From Dehalococcoidia bacterium (lineage in GTDB: Bacteria > Chloroflexota > Dehalococcoidia > UBA6926): a stretch of 36,021 nt of DNA. Shown here piece after piece: positions 6,950 through 13,576 of the stretch. The notes under the pieces are model-generated. The model searched no databases, was not told the origin of the DNA, and worked only from the letters and a program-made list of their open reading frames with translations. The position numbers were made by a program, and so were the translations under genes. Position 1 is the first letter of the stretch, and every line of letters starts with the position of its first letter. The stretch spans positions 1 to 36,021 of the forward strand of contig DAOUKW010000077.1 in the NCBI GenBank assembly GCA_034420915.1, in the 5' to 3' direction.

Positions 6950-9381
6950 GCATGGGCTTCTTTACAGATAAACGACGTCTTCAGCAGCTGGGAACCGTTG
7001 CCCTTTTCACACTCAGTGCCTTTGTGCTGACGGTTGCCTGCGACCGTATCGAGCAAGAGACAGCCATTGTCACTCCCGGATCGACAGCCGGGCCAATTCC
7101 GGGCTTGGCGCTGCCCACCTCAACGCCAATTCCAACGCCCAGGGTCTTACCCACTCCAACTCCAACCAGTCTTCCCACACCCACTCCCTTGCCGACCGCC
7201 ACGCCGGTGCCGTCAATCGAAACGGACCGCGCCGCTCTTGTTGCCTTATTCGAGGCGACGGGGGGTGAAAACTGGCTGCACAAAGAGAACTGGCTGAGTG
7301 ACGAGCCAATGGGAACCTGGTCCGGTGTTACAACCCACGGGGACGGGCGGGTTGGCAGACTTTATCTGCAGGAGTACGGATTGTCCGGCGAGCTCCCACC
7401 CGAGATTGGAAACCTCACCAGGCTCAGAGGAATGTGGCTTGGCTCCAACCAACTGACTGGGCGGATTCCAGGCAGACTCGGCAATCTCACAGAGTTGGAG
7501 ACACTGGACCTTGAAGGCAACGAGTTGACCGGTCCAATCCCGCAGAACCTTGCCAATCTAACTGGGCTGATCCACCTCAGGCTTGCCGGGAACCGACTGG
7601 TAGGGCGCATTCCCCCTGATCTTGCCTTCCTGTCCGAGATCGAGCTGTTGGATCTCGCCGACAACGAACTGAGGGGGCCAATTCCGCTTGCGCTTGGCAA
7701 CATGACCAAGATGGAAGACCTGCTGCTTGGAGGCAATACACTGAGCGGCCCAATCCCACCCAATCTGGTCAACCTGAGCGACTTACGAGTGCTGGATCTG
7801 TCCGACAATGAGTTCACTGGCTCAATACCGACCGAGCTAGTCCATCTGACCAACCTTGAGACGCTGGACGTGTCCCAAAACATGTTGACGGGGTCGATAC
7901 CGATTGAGCTTACAAATATGCTCGCTCTGCACGTCCTCAATCTCTCGCAGAACAGACTGTCCGGCCCGATCCCTCCCGAATTCCAAAACCTCCTCAACCT
8001 CAGAAAACTGCACCTGGCTACCAATCAGTTGACAGGCTCCGTGCCTACGCAACTGGCAAACCTCTCCAACCTGAACGTTCTGGATCTCTCAAACAACTTG
8101 CTGACGGGCGAGTTCCCTTCGGAAATCGAGAAACTCAGAGACCTGCATGTCCTTAATCTCGACGGCAACAGCATCGCCGGGGTTCCAGTATCCGATCGAC
8201 CGGCGCTCATCGCGTTCTATCACGCAACGGGCGGGGATAACTGGCACAACAAGAGCAACTGGCTCAGCGATACTCCGATTGGGACATGGCATGGCGTGAA
8301 GAGTGACGGGGGGCGGCGTGTTATTGAACTACGGCTGGGCAACAACAACCTTGTGGGCCACATCCCCCCTGAGATCGGCAACCTGGCGCAGATGCAGTTT
8401 CTCAGTTTGACAGCCAATCAACTGAGCGGTGTCCTTCCTCCGGAATTCGGCAATCTGTCCAGCCTTGAGACCGCGTTTCTATTTCGCAACCAGCTGACAA
8501 CTCCAATCCCGAGTGAAGTGGCAAATCTCACGAGCCTGGAATTGCTGGACCTGTCACAGAATCCGTTGGATGACCTATTCCCCGTCGCATTGACGAGGCT
8601 GACAGGACTGGAAAAACTGACGCTTTCGAACTGCGGGCTGCGCGGTCGCATTCCGGCTGTCATCGGCAACATGGAGAACCTAAGGGAGTTGGAGCTTTCA
8701 CACAACAGCATTACGAGCCCTATCCCGGAGTCAATTACAGATCTCGATAGATTGTCGAATCTTGATCTGAGGGATAATGCACTTAGCGGTTCATTCCCGC
8801 GAGAAGTGGTTGAAATTGGGAGTCTAAGGTCGCTTGACCTTAGAAATAACGAGCTGACCGGCCCCATTCCGTCCTCACTGGCTCAATTGGAAGACATGTC
8901 CTATCTGTCTCTCGGCGGGAACGAGTTAACCGGACCGATCCCGCCCGAAATTGCCCGGATGAGCAGCCTTGGATGGCTCCTCCTTTCGGGTAATGAATTC
9001 TCTGGCTCCATTCCGTCCTGGATAGGAAGCCTGGAGGAGTTGTTGTATTTGGACCTCTCCCACAATCGACTAACCGGCCCTATCCCGACCGAGCTCGGCA
9101 ATCTCGAGAAGCTGCTCTATATGTCCCTGCAGGGCAATGAATTAAGCGGACCAATACCGGCCGAGTTCAGGAATCTGAAGGGCCTGCAGAGCTTTATCAT
9201 TTCTGACAACGAGATTACCGGCTCGATCCCCCCATGGATTGGCGAGATGCCAGGTATGTGGCGTATATGGGTTGATGGGAACAGGCTTGAGGGCTGCATT
9301 CCGAAACCACTCATGTACCTGAGCGAATTGGCTGTGAATCCGCAGCGAGGGCAGCAGACTGAATTGGAGTTCTGCGGGTAG
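6946..9381 (+). CDS. Secreted lipoprotein-like LRR protein with two N-cap+LRR modules (about 12 + 14 repeats)
   Basis: ATGA start/stop overlap with the upstream gene (6946..6949). Signal ..FTLSAFVLTVAC, then Pro/Thr linker. Cap 1 is DRAALVALFEATGGENWLHKENWLSDEPMGTWSGVTT (from 7225). Cap 2 is DRPALIAFYHATGGDNWHNKSNWLSDTPIGTWHGVKS (8191..8337). C-terminal cap NRLEGCIP...LEFCG. Confidence 0.9.
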   Translation: MSMGFFTDKRRLQQLGTVALFTLSAFVLTVACDRIEQETAIVTPGSTAGPIPGLALPTSTPIPTPRVLPTPTPTSLPTPTPLPTATPVPSIETDRAALVALFEATGGENWLHKENWLSDEPMGTWSGVTTHGDGRVGRLYLQEYGLSGELPPEIGNLTRLRGMWLGSNQLTGRIPGRLGNLTELETLDLEGNELTGPIPQNLANLTGLIHLRLAGNRLVGRIPPDLAFLSEIELLDLADNELRGPIPLALGNMTKMEDLLLGGNTLSGPIPPNLVNLSDLRVLDLSDNEFTGSIPTELVHLTNLETLDVSQNMLTGSIPIELTNMLALHVLNLSQNRLSGPIPPEFQNLLNLRKLHLATNQLTGSVPTQLANLSNLNVLDLSNNLLTGEFPSEIEKLRDLHVLNLDGNSIAGVPVSDRPALIAFYHATGGDNWHNKSNWLSDTPIGTWHGVKSDGGRRVIELRLGNNNLVGHIPPEIGNLAQMQFLSLTANQLSGVLPPEFGNLSSLETAFLFRNQLTTPIPSEVANLTSLELLDLSQNPLDDLFPVALTRLTGLEKLTLSNCGLRGRIPAVIGNMENLRELELSHNSITSPIPESITDLDRLSNLDLRDNALSGSFPREVVEIGSLRSLDLRNNELTGPIPSSLAQLEDMSYLSLGGNELTGPIPPEIARMSSLGWLLLSGNEFSGSIPSWIGSLEELLYLDLSHNRLTGPIPTELGNLEKLLYMSLQGNELSGPIPAEFRNLKGLQSFIISDNEITGSIPPWIGEMPGMWRIWVDGNRLEGCIPKPLMYLSELAVNPQRGQQTELEFCG

Positions 9382-9733
9382 ATCCTGACGATTACGCGTC
9401 CCCGACAGCTTACGAGAGCCTGGCTTCACTTAGTCCCTGGTCTCGTGGTGAGTTTGAGAAAGCCAAACCGGAGCAAGGAGTACCCCTGGGCGAACTGTAT
9501 TGCGAACCTTCCTATTGAAGGTTGAGTTGAAAGTGGCGTTTGGTAAGAGGAAACGGGGCGGGTAGGAGCGTAACGTCTTTGCGGGTCTAGTACTGTAGGA
9601 CAGGCCCACGGATGATTCTCAAGGGCATAGTGACCACCAGCTCAGGTCTTCCCGACTGAGAATTGCAGCACGAATCTGTATGGCGGTCTCATATAGGCGG
9701 GTGATTCTCCTTGGATATCTGCACATGCAAACG

Positions 9734-9821
9734 CTAGAGACTCTTCATTGAACTGGTAAGTGCCGAATCACACTCGCAAGGCGCCAATGTGTTTGCTCCA
9801 AACGAGAGCATTGCTGCAACT
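9734..9821 (-). repeat. Copy 1 of an 88-nt conserved non-coding element; abuts and overlaps the stop codon of the 9820..12804 gene
   Basis: Ungapped alignment with 13385..13472 gives 69/88 identical positions by hand count, including the identical 26-mer ctggtaagtgccgaatcacactc-context, gtttgctc and ctgcaact. Confidence 0.75.
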
Positions 9822-12804
9822 AGGAGTCGCAGAAAGGCAGGCCGAGGCGAACGAGATCGTTGTCAGCTTGGTTATTATCGCGCTCGCCCGTGATGGCGAG
9901 CAACTTGGCCGGTATGCATCCCCTTAGCCGGTTGTGGCCAAGCCACAGCACTTCCAGCTTGGCGAGATTGCCCAGTTCGGAGGGTATCATCCCGCTCAAC
10001 TGGTTTCCGAAGAGCGACAGGTGCGTTAGGTTGGCGAGGCCGCCCAGTTCTGGCGGGATGGGCCCGCTCAACCGGTTCGTGGAGAGTAACAGATGCGTCA
10101 GGTTGGCAAGGCTGCCCAGTTCCGTCGGTATCGTCCCGCTCAGCTTGTTACCACTAAGGTTCAGGTCTTCCAAATGAATGAGATCGCCCAGCCTGGTCGG
10201 TATTTCGCTAGTCAACTGATTGTGTGAAAGTCTCAGAGATTGCAGCTTGGCGAGATTGCCCAATTCCGCCGGTATCTCTCCACTCAACTGGTTAGACCAA
10301 AGCCCCAGCGCTTGCAATTTGGCAAGACTGCCAAGCTCCGCCGGTATCTCCCCTGTCAACTCGTTGTTACCGAGAGACAGGAATTGCAGCTTGGCGAGAT
10401 TGCCCAGTTCCGTCGGTATCGTCCCGCTCAACTGATTATCGCGGAGCGACAGATGCCTCAGGTCAGCGAGGCTCCCCAGTTCTGTCGGTATCGGTCCGCT
10501 CAACTGATTCCCCCCCAGGTCTAGTGCAACGACAGAACCGTCACAGTCGGTGAGTACCCCGTGCCATTGGTCCAGGGGACTGTCGCTCAACCAGTTCTGA
10601 CTGTTCTTCCACGACGCGCCGTTGGTGGCATGATGGAGCGCGACTAATGCGTTCCTCACTTCACTTGAGGGCGCGTCCTTGGGTGGTGGGGTATAGCCCT
10701 GTATCGGCCTGCCATGAAGACAGTTATAGAGAAAGCGATAGTCATCCCGTTTTGATTGCGGAGTGTTCTTCAAGAACGTCTGGTAAATCTTGTCCTCCGT
10801 CGCCTCTGTGCTCCTGCTGGTCTCGTACAATTCCCGCAGAGCGGACAATACCACCTCGTGCCCCAAGATGTGGTGCAATCCGGTCAGGAAGTGAAGGCCC
10901 AAGCGATATGGGCAGGTATTAACTCGCCCATCCTCCACTACACTCAATCCACTCGTGATCCACTCCTGCACATTCATCGTGCTCACGGAAAAGCAATCGT
11001 CGGATATCCGTACCTTTGAAGAGATGTACTCCTCATAGAAAGAGATTTCCAGATCAGCCTCTTTCAGAACGGCGTAGCTCATCAAGAATTCCGCCGCGCC
11101 CTCGGTAAGCCATTCCGGAGTACGTGCTCCTCCTCCACCAAAATAGAAGTGTGCCATCTCGTGATACAGTACCCTCTTGCGGGAGGCTGATTTGATTGCC
11201 GCGCGTGATCCGTTATTCACTCCAGCCGCATCACTTTCGGCTATCTGGAATTCGCTTTCCAGCAAAAGGATGACATCGGACTTCGGCCACGGAACTTCCA
11301 TGAATTCCTCCAAGTGCTCGGTGGCGAAAACCATAGCGTCCAGCACAGTATGCAGCTCGTCCTCCGACCGCCCGACCGCGAAGAGGTCCACTTCGCCCGC
11401 CAGGGGAAGATCGATCGTCTCCGACCACACCACGCCGCCCCGCACCATCTCATCGAAGAACTCCTGCGAAACTATGGCGCTTCCTATCGTGACGATCAGC
11501 GCAGCCTCCTCGGCGGTCAGCCCGTCCTCCACCCACGGCTCTCGCATGAGCCGCTGCGCCCGGCTGGGATGGTTGGAGCGAATCTTCCACAGACTGGACA
11601 TGGTGTCTTGCATGAGCTGCCCGGTCTGATCCGGAATGGTCGTCACCAGCACCGCCTCGTCAAGGCGGGTACTGGCTAGGCGGGAGACCAGACTGAGCAC
11701 ATCCAACTCATCGTGCGTGACCCCGTCGGAAAGCCACAGTGAGCCCGCTACTCGCTGAGACATCGACCGGTCTATTTGGGCGAGCTCCCCAATGCGGAAC
11801 AGTGCCCGCCGTTCGGCGTTGGTGGCGCCGTCCGCGATCCACGGCAGGTTATCCGTATTGAACTCCGAAACCCTTGCAGTCACTACAGCGGAGCAGTTGT
11901 TGGTCGTGTCAGACTCACCCGATACCGGCTCAGCGCATGCGCCATAGTAGTACACGCCCGGAGTGGGCGGCGCATGCGTAAGGATTGATTCGGCGCCACT
12001 ATCAGATGGATTCAGTCTGTGAATCTGGTCCGTCCCCACTTCAGTATCTGTGGACGTGATAGTCGCGTCAGTAGAACGGTAGTAGCGCAGCGTGGTGGGA
12101 CCAGATACCCATGCACCCTGGTTCCGCACGGAGAACCTCAGTACCAGGGTCTGACCTAGCATTGGGTTGCTATCACTCACTGCTGGCTCGACCACCGTCA
12201 GATCGGGTGGAGGTGGAAGCACGGTCACGGCGACGGAGGAGGAGCAGTTGTTCGTCCTATTGGACTCGTGGGGTACGGGCGCCACGCAGGCACCATAGTA
12301 GTATGTGCCCGGCGAAGGCGGCGTAACCGTGAGTATCGACTCAGTGCTGCTTGCGGATGCCTCCAGCCTTGCCACCAGGATCGAGTCCACCTCGTCATCT
12401 TCGGTCGAGATGGTTGAGTCGGTGGAGCGGTAGTAACGTAGCGTGGTGGGGCTCGATGCCCCGGGCCCCTCGTTCCGCACAGTGGCGCTCAGCGTGAAGG
12501 ACTGGCCTCCCATAAAGTCTCTGCCGCTTACTGTTAGCAGATCTACCACCAGGTCGGGCGGTGACGGTGTCGGCGTGGGGGTCGGTGATGGCGTTGCTGT
12601 GGGGGTTGGTGATGGTATAGGAGTGTGCGCCGGGGTCGAAGTGAGTGCAGGAGTTGCCGTCGGCGCGGGTGAAGGGGTGGCGGTGGGCATCGGCGTTGAT
12701 GTTGCCTCGTCGGAGCATCCGGCGACGAGCAGGATCAGTAGTGCCGTGCCAACAACAGCCAGACTCAGCTTGGGTCTTGACATTCCGAATGCCTCACTGG
12801 ACAT
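9820..12804 (-). CDS. Lipoprotein: 2 x CARDB-like domains + MA-clan HExxH metallopeptidase + N-capped plant-type LRR module (9 repeats)
   Basis: Signal MSRPKLSLAVVGTALLILLVAGC. The more likely start is ATG 12783, preceded by GAGG; the track start is 12804. Pro/Thr linker follows. Two paralogous about 110-aa units (PDL.V......GQ...L...VRN.G...S..TTLRYYRSTD..I...D.EV......YYYGAC..PV..ES..TNNCS). HEMAH at 11149..11163, then EWLTEGAAEF. Cap VRNALVALHHATNGASWKNSQNWLSDSPLDQWHGVLTD. 9 LRRs. C-terminal cap NRLRGCIP...LPFCDS. Confidence 0.9.
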   Translation of the reverse strand: MSSEAFGMSRPKLSLAVVGTALLILLVAGCSDEATSTPMPTATPSPAPTATPALTSTPAHTPIPSPTPTATPSPTPTPTPSPPDLVVDLLTVSGRDFMGGQSFTLSATVRNEGPGASSPTTLRYYRSTDSTISTEDDEVDSILVARLEASASSTESILTVTPPSPGTYYYGACVAPVPHESNRTNNCSSSVAVTVLPPPPDLTVVEPAVSDSNPMLGQTLVLRFSVRNQGAWVSGPTTLRYYRSTDATITSTDTEVGTDQIHRLNPSDSGAESILTHAPPTPGVYYYGACAEPVSGESDTTNNCSAVVTARVSEFNTDNLPWIADGATNAERRALFRIGELAQIDRSMSQRVAGSLWLSDGVTHDELDVLSLVSRLASTRLDEAVLVTTIPDQTGQLMQDTMSSLWKIRSNHPSRAQRLMREPWVEDGLTAEEAALIVTIGSAIVSQEFFDEMVRGGVVWSETIDLPLAGEVDLFAVGRSEDELHTVLDAMVFATEHLEEFMEVPWPKSDVILLLESEFQIAESDAAGVNNGSRAAIKSASRKRVLYHEMAHFYFGGGGARTPEWLTEGAAEFLMSYAVLKEADLEISFYEEYISSKVRISDDCFSVSTMNVQEWITSGLSVVEDGRVNTCPYRLGLHFLTGLHHILGHEVVLSALRELYETSRSTEATEDKIYQTFLKNTPQSKRDDYRFLYNCLHGRPIQGYTPPPKDAPSSEVRNALVALHHATNGASWKNSQNWLSDSPLDQWHGVLTDCDGSVVALDLGGNQLSGPIPTELGSLADLRHLSLRDNQLSGTIPTELGNLAKLQFLSLGNNELTGEIPAELGSLAKLQALGLWSNQLSGEIPAELGNLAKLQSLRLSHNQLTSEIPTRLGDLIHLEDLNLSGNKLSGTIPTELGSLANLTHLLLSTNRLSGPIPPELGGLANLTHLSLFGNQLSGMIPSELGNLAKLEVLWLGHNRLRGCIPAKLLAITGERDNNQADNDLVRLGLPFCDS

Positions 12805-13043
12805 GATGAAGTCCGAGGATTTGTGGAAGAATTCGCTTCACACAAGTTACTAATCCGGCGCCCATCACAGGGCTATGCAGTGCCCTCACCGTCCGGATCC
12901 ATGTTCCAGTCAGCGTAGACGCCCGTGCGGACCGTGGGCGACTGTAACTCGCCGGTTGTCTTGGCGACACCCCCAACGCTCGTGGGCTGGCCGGAGGTCT
13001 AAGTGTCCAGGTATGGCTGGAGGTGATGACGCCACGATTCTCC

Positions 13044-13346
13044 TCAGTCAGCCCAAAACCACGTCTTGAAGGATGCGGTGCAAGACGCCATTCCCAACAT
13101 CACGCCCACTCCAAGGCCGAAGAATACGCCGCGAGCGGAGCGTCCTCTTGCCATTAGTGCCCCGCCGATAATCGTGGCGATGGTCGAGCAGGCAATCATA
13201 AGAAAGATGATTAGCAGGAAGGCGAAATAATATGGGGCCTCGAAAGCCAAAGCAGCTTCTGAGGGGTCAATGGACGACAATAAGAGTACGGGCGCGATGA
13301 CAAGTGGCACCGCAGTAAGAACCAGTGCCATGCTGAACGTACGCAT
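13044..13346 (-). CDS. Small hydrophobic membrane protein (about 3 TM), function unknown
   Basis: 100-aa ORF with three hydrophobic stretches. AGGGAG lies a few nt upstream of ATG 13346. No recognisable family. Confidence 0.5.
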   Translation of the reverse strand: MRTFSMALVLTAVPLVIAPVLLLSSIDPSEAALAFEAPYYFAFLLIIFLMIACSTIATIIGGALMARGRSARGVFFGLGVGVMLGMASCTASFKTWFWAD

Positions 13347-13384
13347 GCCGACTCCCTGTCAGTGAGTTCAATGCCCAAATAACA

Positions 13385-13472
13385 CTAGGCATTCTGCATC
13401 GATCTGGTAAGTGCCGAATCACACTCTCTAGGCAACACTTTGTTTGCTCTGAGAGAGAGTGTTTCTGCAACT
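13385..13472 (-). repeat. Copy 2 of the 88-nt conserved element, upstream of the small membrane protein gene
   Basis: See 9734..9821. Contains a 9-bp perfect stem ACACTCTCT (13421..13429) / AGAGAGTGT (13454..13462). Confidence 0.75.
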
Positions 13473-13480
13473 TTTCACTC

Positions 13481-13509
13481 TTGCTGACATAAACGCAAAT
13501 GGCTAGATT
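13481..13509 (+). promoter_or_regulatory. Possible promoter of the NarL-type two-component operon
   Basis: TTGCTG (13481..13486), 17-nt spacer, TAGATT (13504..13509), about 70 nt upstream of ATG 13577. Weak hexamers. Confidence 0.25.
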
Positions 13510-13576
13510 AGTGGCCAACTACACACTGTCGTGACCGCCAAACACTCTACGCGTTCACACACTTACAGGAGAGAAC

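Noticed and set aside
9382-9733. Decayed paralogue of the small membrane gene downstream of copy 1 of the 88-nt element (which would indicate a cassette duplication)
   Set aside because: Minus-strand translations of the region show frequent stops and no resemblance to the 13044..13346 protein. Nucleotide similarity to the copy-2 flank fades within about 10 nt beyond the 88-mer.
4801-10435. Many 60-220-aa ORFs antisense to, or out of frame with, the LRR genes (e.g. 5113..5751, 5800..6420, 7362..8024, 8418..8867, 9860..10177) with recurring SGGIGP/SSSGI motifs
   Set aside because: The periodic motifs are just the reverse-frame image of the G.IP..LG LRR consensus. The forward frames are long, uninterrupted and have signal peptides and caps.
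4700-10520. Regular 72-nt periodicity that could be mistaken for a CRISPR array or satellite
   Set aside because: The period equals one 24-codon LRR inside long open reading frames. The units are degenerate, there is no repeat-spacer alternation, and there are no cas genes.
12443-12853. 136-aa + strand ORF with GVGVG repeats (also 1004..1198, 4195..4629, 6981..7283)
   Set aside because: These are antisense translations of the Pro/Thr-rich linkers (ACN/CCN codons read backwards give Gly/Val). They are not independent genes.
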